Shown piece after piece: positions 1 through 12,314 of a DNA stretch of 64,000 nt; within the stretch, counting starts at the first letter, position 1; every line of letters begins with the position of its first letter. The stretch comes from Blasia pusilla. Taxonomy: Eukaryota. The notes beneath the pieces were generated by a model, which saw only the letters and a program-made list of their open reading frames with translations, was not told the DNA's origin and made no database searches. The stretch spans positions 46,190,001 through 46,254,000 of the forward strand of contig CM114271.1 in assembly GCA_050084515.1 (NCBI GenBank), given 5' to 3'. The position numbers and the translations under genes were made by a program.

Positions 1-430
1 GGAATACGTCCGTGAAATTCAGTCCGACGAGGACATCGCAAAGCTTAAACAATCGGCGGCGACAGCATCTTACGTCGACAGCTTTCCTCCGTTCTATGTT
101 CAGCCTTACGACGAGCATGGAACCCAAGCTCTGGTTACGGAGGAGGACTTGGAAAAGCTCGACACATTCTGTAGGATGCGAGACCAGGATTTCAGAAGGC
201 AAGTAGAGGGCACGGAATTCAGCTGGATGAGGAATCTGCATTTCTTCATCTGGGATGGAAATCACAGGTTCATGGCGTGGACCAAGTTTGCGGAGGAGCG
301 GCCCAACTCATTGGACGCACATTTTTGCGTGAAGGCAGTGGTCCTTCACCCATTCCCTCATCACATGGCGACGGTGGAGATGGCAATGCATGCCATGAAC
401 ACGTGAGTATCTTCTTACTTTTACACTTAC

Positions 431-1140
431 GCAACTCGTCAGACTCCGACGAGTTACTCGATTGATGAATGGGTTAGGTTTCTTTTTGCCGAAAGCAACA
501 CGTCGGACTCCGACGAGTTGCTCGACTCGACGCTTTTTCAGGATGTTTTTTTAAGAATGCAACTCGTCGGACTCCGACGAGTTGTTTGATTGACCACAGA
601 TTTAATTAGTTGTTGGCCCAAAGCAAACCGTCGGAGTCCGACGGGTTGCTCGACTCGCCGCCTTTTCAGGATGTATTTTGAAGAATGCAACTCGTCGGAC
701 TCCGACGAGTTGTTCGACTGACCGCAGGTTTAGTATGGTTTTTGCCCAAAGCAACCCGTCGGAGTCAGACGGGTGGCTTGACTCGAAACTATTTTTGGCC
801 GAAATCAACTCGTCGGAGTCCGATGGGTTGCATTCGGAAGTTGGTTCCCCAAATTTCACGTTAGTATGTTCAGTTGCACAACCCGTCGGAGTCCGACGGG
901 TTGAAACCAGGCATTAGCAAATCTAAATGCAATCCGTCCGACTCCGACGGGTTGCATCATTTAGCTCGAACCTAGAATCCGACCTTGAGCTGTGACGACC
1001 CGTCGGAGTTCGACGGGTTGAAACCAGGCATTAGCAAATGTGAATGCAATCCGTCGGACTCTGACGGGTTGCATCATTTAGCTCAAACCTAGAATCCGAC
1101 CTTGAGCTGTGACGACCCGTCGGAGTCCGACGGGTTGCAG
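431..1140. repeat. Array of ~12 copies of a 27-bp palindrome GCAACYCGTCGGASTCCGACGRGTTGC in intron 1
   Basis: Copies near 431, 496, 559, 623, 687, 750 (~64-bp period with alternating related spacers), then a ~117-bp higher-order duplication at ~880-1140. Confidence 0.9.
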
Positions 1141-2944
1141 GAACCCATGTAATTTCCTGACGGGTTGAGTTTGGATGTGCAAGATTGTATCGGAGGGGAA
1201 TGTCACCCACCACTGGATCCAGGACTGCGATCGGGTGAGGAAGGTGCTTACGACGCACCCGGGAGAGTACAAGGGGTTCTTGGGCAATGCCCTTGTCAAT
1301 CAGATGCTTGCAAAGGGTGCTCAGATAAAGAAGAAAACTTGGGCAAATAAGTTTATTTTCCAAGATGCAGCCGTAACCATCCTTTTCTGGTCGAAGATAC
1401 AGGCCGCGAAGAAGAGCGTTGCATTGGAGCTGGAGCGGAGGGAGAAGGTATCTGCGTCTGAGCGCGCGAAATTCATCCAAGCTGCAGTATCTGCAGCAAC
1501 GAAATACACGGCGAGCAAGATGCAGCGATATATCAGCATTCTCAACCCCGAACTTGGTCCGGAGTTCTACAAGGAGATGAAGGCGATTATCAAGCGCCAG
1601 CGGAAAAGGGATGAAGATCCGCATGGTCGGATTGGGGAGAAAGTGTCCCTGGATCGCGTGCATCGGTTTGCGTTGTCCGGCATAAGCGAGTTTAGGAGGA
1701 TCCGACTGATGAAAATCAGTCTCGAGGGCCCAGAGGCCCAGAAGAGGGCGGCACACCATCCTCCAGGTGTGTCCGATCCAGTGATCTCCCAATGGCTACG
1801 CGAATGGTCGTTCTGGGACGCGTTGCGGGTTATCGGGAAGTCTGTGGTGGAGAGTCTACAAGCGGAGCTCAGAAGATTAGAGCCCATCTCGGATGAAGCA
1901 AACCTTGAAAGTTTTGGAGATTTTGAGGTTTGGCTCGACGACATCCGGGAGAAGCCAATGAAAAACCCAGGATTCAAGACAATGTTCAAGGTTTGCGTCC
2001 TCCCTCAGGCAGAGCTTAACGAAGAAGTAGAGGGGAACAAACGGGATCAAGCGAAGAAGAAGCGAGATCTACAGGATTAGGCGGCCGATTCTATTCGACT
2101 AGAAGCTGCCCAGAGGATGGTCTTCAAGTACCTCGTCCAATGTAAGAATGCAGGTACGTGGGGAAAATTATCGACAGCCTTGAAATTGTGGGCTTCGCCG
2201 CCGGATGCAGAGGGTCGGACCAGTTCCTCGGCGAAAAAAACCCCACCAGAGTCTGAGGTCATAGAGACCCCGACAAGCCGTCCGCAGACTTGGGAGAAGC
2301 AGAGGCGAGAGGTGTCAGGGTTGTCCCAAGGAGAATACAGTCCATCATCCTTGGGAAGACAGAGACAAACAACGACCGGACAAGCGTCCTCCTTGATTCA
2401 CTCCTTTCTTGGATGAGTCAAGAGCTTCGATTCTCAGCGTCAACACCGACCATCAAAAATTGACAACGTTGGGACGGAAGCTCCAACAAAACGGGCACGC
2501 TGCCTGGACGGTGAATGGAGTGGTCAAAGAGGTTGCGGTGGATCTCTTGATCGCTGATCTGCCCTCGGGGTTGCGACTTTAGGGCGAGAATTCGTCGGAC
2601 AAGGTACCTGAGTGGAATGTGCCGCTATTTTATGACCAAATTGCACTATTGTTCTCCTTTGTAGACGCCTATTTAAGTGACAGGGGCTGCTTCTTGGTGT
2701 TGACTGGAGGGAGCGAGGACGAGCTCTTCAACCTCCAGTGCGTCAAGAGGTCGCTAAAGTGGAGGACGGCGCAATCGTGGATCATAAAAAACGAGTACCC
2801 ACTCCGATCTGCGACGAGTCAGATTCGGGTAAGGCTCAATTCCTGTAGTATAATCTCAATTATATTTTAATGATGTGTATAAAGAGTTTTTTTCTCCGTT
2901 GAGTGAGTAGAATGAGTGTCAATCTCAGTTTTTTTTGTCCGTGA

Positions 2945-3290
2945 GCAACCCGTCGGAAGGCAACGGGTTGCTGGCTAAGAGCAGCCCATGCTCGGCTGAG
3001 AGCAACCCGTCCGTTTCCGACGGGTTGCATCTTTCCCACATACACAGGGAAAACTTTGGTGTACCTGCAACCCGTCGGAACCCGACAGGTTGCAGTTGCT
3101 TTTGGTTTTTCCCTGTGTTTCCGGAAAGCTGCAACCCGTCTGATAGCGACGGGTTGCTCTCAGGCGAGCATGGGTCGTTTAGCTCTAAAGCAACCCGTCG
3201 CCTTCCGACGGGTTGCTCACGGACAAAAACAACGGAGCCCGACGGGTTGGTCCGGGACAAAACAACCCGTCGGACTCTGACAGGTTGATC
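2945..3290. repeat. Second array (~6-7 copies) of the same palindrome in intron 2
   Basis: GCAACCCGTC...GACGGGTTGC near 2945, 3002, 3067, 3130, 3190, 3263. Confidence 0.85.
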
Positions 3291-4159
3291 CAAAGTTAGT
3301 AATTGAAAATGTTCTGAAGCCGACTTCTTTAGTTGCTTACATTGTTTCCAACGTGCTTATTTACAGATGGACCACTCCTACATCTACTGCTTCGTTCGAC
3401 CCGAGCACAATTTCCAGGTGTTCAAGATCCAGGATCCTATGGATCCATGCTCAGATGGGTACAGCTTAGATAGTTTGTACAATTCCCCCCGGGAATTTAC
3501 AAGCAAGACTGTACCCCACTTTTGGGAGGAAGGGAAAAGTCGCCAGCCTTGATGCAAACGCTCATCGAGCTCTGCTCAAGGCCGGGTGACTTGGTGTTCG
3601 ACTTAGTGGGACTTTCAGGGGCAAGTATCAAAGGCGCCTGGCAGAGTGGCAGGAACATTCTCTGCCTCAAGGGAACGCAGGAACTGTTTGACCTTTGCAA
3701 GGAGGCAAAGGCAGAATACGAAAGGCTCGTTGGGGCGTACAACTCTCCACCGAAGCCGAGAGCTCCGGTTCCAGATCCACCCTTGGTACACTAGAAGAAA
3801 TGGGTGGTTTTTATGACTAAACTTTAAATGACTCACCAAAAGAATGACTCAAATTAGTACTTAAATGGTTTAGTCATAAAATTTAGGGTCGTACAACTCA
3901 TTGAGTCATCTCCTTATGACTAAAGAAGTTTTCAATACCCACTAGTCACTTACTTGAGTCGGACTTGTTTCACTCGCCTAGTAAAGATGAGTCATAAAGA
4001 ACGACTCATATGTTTAAATGATTTCATGCTCCCATTTTGAGTAGGATTATTCAGAGTCCTTGTGTCATTTTCATGTTAACATGGAGATATCTTTTCATCC
4101 AACCATAAGATGGTGATAAAAGTAAGCACAAGACTTTGCATTAATTCTCTTTGTTACTG

Positions 4160-5730
4160 GACCCCTCGTTGAGGTGGGAGGGTCGAAAAAGAGGCGTCAT
4201 GATGGGGGAGGAGGGCATTAAGTAGGATTGTTTCGAATCCTTGTTGCAATTTCATGTTATTATGGTGTTGACTCTTCTTCCAACCATTGGATGGTCTTGA
4301 AAGTTGGCACATGCCTTGTTATTTAATGCCTCCACAATTGCAACGGTTCGGATCTATCCCATAGCCCTCTATGCTAGTACCAAAAATCAAAGTCCTTATT
4401 TAGGGATTACGATTTTTTATTCAATGTGTGAGTGATCATTTGAAGTTTTTTCTTCTTCCCTGTGTTCGTGGGGTTGGGGTGGCTATCTAGGAACCTTTTC
4501 TTGTTTTTTCGACTCCTGGTTGAGGGGGGAGGGTAGAAAAAGAGGTGTCATGCAAGTGGATGATGGCATTGAGTAGAATTGTCTCAAGTCATTGTTGCAA
4601 TTTCATGTTATTATAGTGTTTACTCTTCTTCCAACCATTGGATGGTGGTGAAACTTGGCACAAGCCTTGCCATTAAATTCTTCCACACACTCAACGGTTC
4701 AGATCTATCCCTTAAACTTCTATGCTAGTACCAAAAATCAAAGTCCTTATTTAGGATTTACGATTTTTAATTCAATGTGTGAGTGGTCATTTGAAGTTTT
4801 TTCTTTTGCCTTGTGTTCATGGGATTGGGATTTAGGTGTAGGAAATTTTCCTTGGTTTTTGGAACCCTCGTTGAGGGGCAAGGGTCGAAAAAGAACTGTC
4901 ATGATGGGGGAAGAGGGCATTGAGTAGGATTGTTTCGAATCCTTGTTGCAATTTCATGTTATTATGGTGTTGACTCTTCTTCCAACCATTGGATGGTCTT
5001 GAAAGTTGGCACATGCCTTGTTATTTAATGCCTCCACAATTGCAACGGTTTGGATCTATCCCATAGCCCTCTATGCTAGTACCAAAAATCAAAGTCCTTA
5101 TTTAGGGATTACGATTTTTTATTCAATGTGTGAGTGATCATTTGAAGTTTTTTCTTCTTCCCTGTGTTCGTGGGGTTGGGGTGGCTATCTAGGAACCGTT
5201 TTCGACTCTTGGTTAAGGGGGTTTTTTTTTTTCCTTGGGGCCCTGACCATGAAGGGCATGGTGTGATCAAGTTTCATGATTTATGGGCTTGTTTTGGAGG
5301 AGAAGGAACATCAAATGAAGAAGAAAGTGGAAGAGGAGTGACTTACAAGTCTTTTTCCTAGTCCTCCTTCCATTTTTCACCTTTGTTGCCACTCATCATT
5401 TGATGCCACCGTTGGATGGAGCTTAAACCTGGAAATTTGTGGATGGTCATGCCCCTCTTGAACTTGGACGATGTAGATCTTATATAGAATTCTCCATGCT
5501 GCATTAAAAAATGAAGACCTGAGCTAAGGGTTTTTGATTTTTAACTCCCAAACCCCAAGAAGCATTTGGGGTTTTACTTTTTTTTCCCCCTTGGGTCCTA
5601 ACGTGAAGGGCATGGTGTGATCAAGTTTCATGATTTATGGGCTTGTTTTGGAGGATAAGGAACATCAAATGAACAAGAAAGTGGAAGAGGAGTAACTTAC
5701 AAGTAATGTTCCTAGTGCTCCTTCCATTTT
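4160..5730. repeat. Degenerate ~350-bp tandem repeats with a ~703-bp higher-order duplication
   Basis: 4164-4500 recurs almost identically at 4867-5200, with a diverged unit at ~4515-4860; a second unit at ~5222-5400 recurs at ~5578-5730. Confidence 0.85.
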
Positions 5731-6147
5731 TCTCGAGTGAGATTTCTTGCGGGGTTTTTTTTGCCGACGATGTGACCTCCACCCCTCTAATCTTCAAGAC
5801 TTATTTGGGCCTTCTTACTTATATCACGGGCATGCGCATGTTTGGATTTTGTGTAAAATTTTTTTCATATGCTTAATGTAGCAAAGCAAACGGGTAGGTA
5901 TTTACTACTTGGAATTATAACCAACTCAATGTGGTCAACATTTTTAGGTCATCTCTCCACCAAATTTTTATGGATGCTAAAAGAATGGACAACAATTTAG
6001 CACCATGTGAATGGGCACCTAGAGTATCACATTTTTTTTTCTATGCCAACGTGGCAATCAAGCTGGGTTGTAGGCTTATTTGACATGTTGAGTGTGCCGT
6101 GGCAAGGACCTAGGCTTTGGCTCTGTTTTTCGGTGCGATGCGATTCG

Positions 6148-6273
6148 GTTTTGAAGGCTTTGCACATTCCCGCGTTTGCAAGCTCCTGCACCCTACTAAC
6201 AGTGGGCGAGGTTTTGAAGGCTTTGCACATTCCCGCGTTTGCAAGCTCCTGCACCCTACTAACAGTGGGCGAG
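6148..6273. repeat. Perfect 63-bp tandem duplication
   Basis: gttttgaaggctttgcacattccc...cagtgggcgag at 6148-6210 and 6211-6273. Confidence 0.95.
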
Positions 6274-6660
6274 ACGATTGAGGGAAGGAAGTTACATGGA
6301 GAGTGATGGAAAAAAGTTTGTAGTGGTCTTATGATGTCTACTTTTTTTTCGCCCCCAGGAAAAAGGAGGTTTTTTTAGGGCCAAATGTGGACCACTACCT
6401 ACTCTCTTCTAAAGATTTCTTGAATTTGAAAGCAAACGAAAATTTCAAATATGTCAAAAAGTTTTGAAGAGAGGAGGCGGATTTGGCCCTTTTTTTTTTT
6501 TTTGAAGAGAGACTCTCCTCTCTTCCTCTCTTCCTCTCCTCTCTTACTCTCTCCTGCCAGAATACCAGCCCCCTCCTCTTGGGGATCGAACTTATTAAAA
6601 TACTATAAAAAGATGAATTATGTTACTCATTGTTCATTACATATAAGTGATAAAACTTTT

Positions 6661-8389
6661 TGGCGCCGCTTCCGGGGATCATAAGCTTTGCTGGAGAGGG
6701 AGAGAGACACATAGGGAACCCAGGAGCGGGGAAAGAAGCCTCGTCTCCTAGAAGATCCAACCATCTAGTGCTTACTGAAGACCATCTACTATCTCTAGCT
6801 ATCCCCCTAAGACAATGGATGAAAGAAGATAACAATTGGTTTGCTGCATTGGTGCTAGAAAAGATAGAACAACTAATTAGTATTGTCAAAGAACCAGTCA
6901 TCGAAGGGTGCTTTGCCCATGAACGTCAGTTGTACTTGGTGATGACCCGGTACTTCTGTTTATGGGAGGAAAACCTGGCAGGTAGATTAAGAGCACCCTC
7001 ACACTTGTGTGGGAATTAGGAAGATCCAATTTCCCTCCATGGACCCCTACCTTGTGGGGATTGTGGGTGTGGAAGCAAGCTCCCGAATTCCATAAGGGCC
7101 TCATGGAAGTCTCCTGTCCCTCATCGCGAGATCAGCGAGCTGATCGACGCAATAAGCAACAAGAAGATCACACGTCTTGGAGACCGCCAGGGGTGTCCCC
7201 CAATCTTCGGCCTCGCACGAAGCCCAAGAGCAAGAGGGACAGGAATACGCTCCCCAGCAAGTCTCCTACCAATTCGTAGTCGGACGAAGAGTGAACCTTT
7301 GGGTACGAGGAGCCGACCAAATCAACCAGATCAGAACCGTTGCCTCCTCCCTCTTGAGCATCAAGCGTGGAACCCCAGCCGCAGAAATTTCCCAATGGCC
7401 AACACTAGAAAGACGTTGCTAAGATACCCCATGTTTGCAGGGGGACGGAGAGATGATGTTGACAACTTTGTGCTTGAATTTACCCATGTAGCTAAGGCTA
7501 ATGGGGAAGGCTCAGAGGAGGATTTGTTGCGAGTCTTTCCTGGCCTACTTAAGAAGCGAGCAAGCCAATGGTACAAGGGTCTGGGAGCGGATGTCACAAA
7601 AACCTGGAAAAGGGTACTAGAGGCCTTTCTTCCTGAGTTCCGTGACCTGGAGTTCGAGGACATGCTTCTGACAAAGCTTCGCCATCTGAAACGTAAAAGG
7701 AAGGAAACTCTCAAGGAATGCACCCAAAGGTTTCGTAGCCTTGTAAACAAACTTGAACACACAACTACCTCACAATTGGTAGATTGGTTTGTGTTGGGAC
7801 TGTCCAAAGGAATGGACCGGTACTGCCGCGAGGCCAACGAGGCCAACGAGATTCCCTGGTAGCAATCATAGCATCCGCAATGGCGTACGAGGCCTCCGAG
7901 AAATCCTGAAAAATGCGAAGACGGCGTCATCAACAACGAGGTTCTTCGCAAACTAGTTCTTCTTTCAGGACGAAGCGTCCTCTACAGACACCAGAGCCTC
8001 CACGGATGGCACGACGGAGTCCAGAGACTCCAAAGAGGACCAAAAATCCAAACGGAAGCGACGGACACGCCACCGCACTCCCAAGCGAGGAAGGACAGGC
8101 AAGCCTACCAATCATGGCCCTCAAAGGTCTGTCAGCCCAATACGAGGGGCATCGAAGAGGTCGGGCAAGTCTGCCATTGAAGAGTTAAGCAAACAAATGG
8201 CGGAATTAAAAGTACATATGGCGGCCCAGAAGGACCCCAGAAGACGACTAGGTCTGATGAGGCCCAACGTGTGGTGTAGTGCCTGCGAAACCCAAGGGCA
8301 TAGTGCTCATGAATGTCATACTCAAAGAGATTTACGTTGGATCGAGGAAGAACCAACGGCGGAAGAAGGGTGGTATGAAGCCCCCTTCA
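6661..8389 (+). mobile_element. Truncated Ty3/gypsy (Athila-like) internal region: PBS and decayed gag
   Basis: PBS-like TGGCGCCGCTTCCGGGGA at 6661, resembling the tRNA-Asp PBS of Athila-type elements; retrotransposon-gag-like ORF 7299-7862; zinc knuckle CSACETQGHSAHEC at ~8275-8317. Confidence 0.75.
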
Positions 8390-8867
8390 CAACTCACACA
8401 TATACATCGAGACCCCACATAAAAAATAAGAGAAAAAAATGGCACATCTGGCCTAAAACTCCACTCCTTAGTCTACATCGGCATATCGAGCCTCGTCCAT
8501 CCTATGTTGTTAGGGAATCCAAATACTAACATCCTGGTCTTAACTCACACACATGAGCAAGAATGGTGCTCTAACGGCCCAACATGAGAAAGATGAATTG
8601 GGGAAGCCATCTTCCTCCCTTATATAGGAGTGGGAAGAGCCAAAATGCTCTTCCCCTAGATATAGCAACCCTCTAGTAACTTGCGTGCACAGGTTACCAG
8701 GGGCGGATGACCTACTGAACAAGTCACCCGGTTGTGAAAGACCCCAAAAGGAAAGTTGTCAGAAACGACGTTCTTGACACAACGGGACGAAGTTACACTC
8801 AAAAAAGTCTGTTGGCTCTCTATGTTGCCACAATAGATCTCTACCTATCGGCTACTAAGATGTGACA
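8390..8867 (-). mobile_element. Solo A+B terminal repeat of the element-1 family (A 8421-8867, partial B 8390-8420)
   Basis: Reverse complement starts TGTCACATCTTAGTAGCCGATAGG like 11821 and aligns along repeat A; it then runs directly into tgtggggtctcgatgtatatgtgtgagttg, which matches the start of B at 26312. Confidence 0.85.
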
Positions 8868-9899
8868 CATGTTTCATGTGTCTTATGGCTAGAGTCCATC
8901 TTGACTCCCCATTTGGTGTCTCATGGTTGTCTTAATCACCCTTCACATTTTGTGGCGTCTCACCCATCTTAACTACTCATACATTCCTTGCTTCTCACGC
9001 TTGACTTGGCCTTTGGATCCTAGGTCTCAAACCTTGCTTGCCTTACCTTTGACCACACGTGTAGTGATGCCCCTTTCTCGCTTAAGTCTAGTCACAAGAC
9101 ACATGCACGTCTTGCCTAACGCTAGTTCCATAATGGGTTTTTCCGCCCTTCCTAGTCAATCTCGCGACTAGCTTGGCTAGGTTTTGACTTTGGTGAGTGA
9201 CGCCAAGATCTTTCCTCCTTGGACATGTGATCATGAATCTCTTCTCAAGTTCACCTTAGGATGAGAGTAGTAGACTTAGATATTCGCAACCACGGGCCTA
9301 TCGCAAGTCTCAAGCGAGTATTGTTGCAACTACCAATATCGTGTTAGAGTCATGCAAGTCATGTTCAAGTCCTAGGACTCACAACAATTTGTGGGGAGAA
9401 AATCCACGATTAGAGTCAAAGACGAACTATCTGACGGTCTTCTTGAACCACTCTCAAAACCCTAATGCATGACTGGATCTTAAGACCAATGGGATGTCCC
9501 CATATTACCTAACGTGACAATCATATTCAATGTGGTCAATTATGTTGGTAAACTAGAGAAGAGGGGTTTTCTAATTTTGGGGTTAACTAATCCAAGTACC
9601 AAATTTACACTCTTGTCAACAATATTTGGAAATTATGATGTCATTTTCTTCATGAATAAAAGGATTCCAATGAGTTCCTCTTTAACTAATTATTTTAGAA
9701 GATTTTGATTCAAGGATAATGCAATAGAAGATATTGAATATTGGGTCAACATTGAATGTTAATGCTTGAGGGATTAAAAGTACCATTTTTCACATCCCTA
9801 TAAATTGACAATTTTCAAATTCCATAATGTCTAAATCAATCTATTTCATACATAATGGGAGAGAAACTAGACCCACGGAACCATCATACATGGAAGTTC

Positions 9900-10410
9900 A
9901 AGATCCAAAACTTCATGACCCATCAAGAAGTTTTGGATCTAATCACAAGTGACAAGCTCACGCAAATAGGATAATCAATTTATCTAAAGGTCGGAATGTG
10001 AAATAAGAGGGCAAGGAAGATAGGTTATCAATTACATTCAGATTACATAAAATCTTCCATAAAAAGGTTATATTCAAGATGCTGAGATATCTAAGAACGC
10101 ATGGGATGCACTAGCTAAAGTATTTGAGTTGTAATTGTTACTAAAACTATGAAGTCGCAGTTAAATCAATATTTCAATAAGGTAATGGGAAGAATCTTAG
10201 AATATATATGATTACATCCTTAGTAATAGAACAATCATTGATCAATTAACTAGTGTTGGGTTTGTTTTGGAGGATGGGAATCTCATTCTAATCATACTCC
10301 AAGGATTGGAAAATGGATAGAAGCCTATCAAAATATCCATATTTGATGGGGAGAATTTTTTGGCATTTCAAGATTTCTTCCATTTTTAATCAATGAGGAG
10401 ATGAAACGAG
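9900..10410 (+). mobile_element. Highly degraded Copia gag remnant
   Basis: AWDALAKVFE at ~10098 and DQLTSVGFVLEDGNLILIILQGL at ~10240, resembling Copia gag segments; many stops. Confidence 0.55.
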
Positions 10411-12094
10411 GGTGTATTATGCATTTAATATCTTAAACACTCGTCTTGTGTGTTATAAAAGCTTGCGCTCAACAGTCACATTCTCATTAATGATTAGTAT
10501 CCAAACATCATTTATTGTGCTCCGTCTCATTTTAGCTATTTTGGATAAACCAATCTTGCATCTCTCTATTCTAGGTCTTTTGTCATCCCTCAACCTCAAC
10601 ACTCCTAAACATGGTGAGATACTAATCTAACCTCCTACTTCCCAACGCAAGAGAGCCATTAAAGACTTGAGATAGACTTTATTAATAGTCTAGGGTCTTG
10701 AAATAGTGCAAGTGCAACAAATGGTCCCAATTGCCCAATGGACCTCCAATAACTCTCTATCCACGACTTAACATATATGCTCTAGGTCAAGGTCAAAGGT
10801 TAGGGTCCATAATTGGACTACATAGAGTTGGCTTATTGTCAAAACTCTAATATCGCCCTCTTAATCCATCTCGTATCCCTAGTTCATCCCCCATGATTCC
10901 CAACGTGCTATCAGACTCTTTACTCCCTTAAACTTAAATTACGTTCTAGTAGCTAACCCACAATTCCTCTTTTGGTTTTAAGTCTTAAGTTATCACATCT
11001 CATACTTAGAAAGTATTTAGATTCTTCTTCTTTTTAGAATGCTTCTAGAATGACTACCTTGGAAAAAAACTAAGCCAACTTAATAGGCTTACCAACCTAA
11101 TATTCTATGTACTAGTCCCTCTAAGACTTCACATGCTCATAATTTGTAAATATTCCACCTATTAACAAGGTCCCAAAGGTGCGTTACTTTCGGATCACCA
11201 TTAAACTTGACTTAAGTGCATCACTAAGTTTAATCATTACTTCTCCAGTAATATCATCCCAAGATGGATTTGTCTATTTCACTAATCCTAGGGCAATCCC
11301 AAGCATTCGTGATCCAATGCTAAATCTTGTTCTAGTTGCTTATCCAAATTCAACCGCTCTCCTAAAATATGCCTTTGCATCTCCTCTTGACATACATCCT
11401 AATTAAGCTCATGGAGAACTATTCATTGTCAGGCACTACCACAAACAAATTGCATTCATTCAACTATGCATCAAATGTCCAAATCTATGCACAAATTTAT
11501 TGCAAAACTATCACATCCGAAATACAGTGGCTCTCAAGCCCCAAACTTCCAAGGGTGACAACTCATATCTGTAGCATCTCCAAGTACTAACACATGTGCT
11601 TCCTTTCATTACTACATTCAAAACCACTTTGCAAAGTCATGAGAGTTGTAACTTAGTTGAAGTACAATCGCAATACATCCTTATTGGACTTTCAAACTTG
11701 ACAATTGGATCCATAGATTATGACTGCAACCCGACTTAAAAGTTATATTTTCTTACACTCGTAGTCTAGTCATAATTTAGTCATAGTTCAATTGCCAAAG
11801 GCTTGCAAAGTTCTCTTCAATGTCACATCTGAGTAGCCGATAGGTTGAGATCTATCGTGGATAGGGCGTAGGAGCCAGCGGACTATCTTGGGTGTAACTT
11901 TGTCCCACAATGTCGGATGAGGTTGAGGATAGGTCCATTGTGTCAGGAACGTCGTTTCTGACAACTTTCATGTTGAGTTCTTTTACAGCCGGGTGACTTG
12001 TTGACAAGGTCACCCGCCCCTGGTAACCTGTGCGCGCAGGTTACCAAGGGGAGGGCTATTTTTAGGAGAAGAGCCTTTTGGCTCTTCCCAACCC

Positions 12095-12314
12095 TATATA
12101 AGAGAGGAAGATGGCTTTCCTAAGCCATCTTTCTCATGTTGGGCCGTTGGAGCACCTCCCTTGTATGTGTGTGAGCTAGGACTAGGGTGCTAGCGTCCGG
12201 ATTCCTTGATAGCACAGGGTGGACGAGGCTCAATATGCTGATGTAGATTGAGGAGTGGAGTTTTAGGTCGGGTGTGCCATTTTTATTACTCTTTATTTTT
12301 AAATGAGAAAGATG
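12095..12314 (+). promoter_or_regulatory. TATA box, predicted transcript start and self-priming PBS of element 1
   Basis: TATATAA 12095-12101. CATCTTTCTCAT 12126-12137 is the exact reverse complement of ATGAGAAAGATG 12303-12314, which lies just after repeat A1. Confidence 0.75.

Larger units (their letters stand above)
1..3794 (+). pseudogene. Spliced, decayed gene for a ParB/Srx-like domain fused to a beta-class N4/N6 amino-methyltransferase; 5' end lies outside the window; probably transposon-borne
   Basis: FFIWDGNHRF (ParB/Srx-like DGxHR) in ORF 149-406. VDLLIADLPSG (DPPY-like motif IV) at 2538-2570. EKSPALMQTLIELCSRPGDLVFDLVGLSGAS (motif X-I, SAM binding) in ORF 3522-3794. Introns GTGAGT 403 to ~1183 and GTAAGG 2829 to TTACAG 3366. 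In-frame stops and frameshifts present. Confidence 0.65.

Noticed and set aside
431-840. CRISPR-like look: 27-bp palindromic repeats with ~37-bp spacers
   Set aside because: Spacers are related and alternate (1~3~5, 2~4), so this is a dimeric tandem repeat; it is intronic, eukaryotic and has no cas genes
7860-7871. TAG-CAATCA readthrough-like context after the gag ORF
   Set aside because: Another in-frame TAG follows two codons later and the region is decayed
10410-11820. Possible degraded coding sequence
   Set aside because: Could not assign any domain by eye
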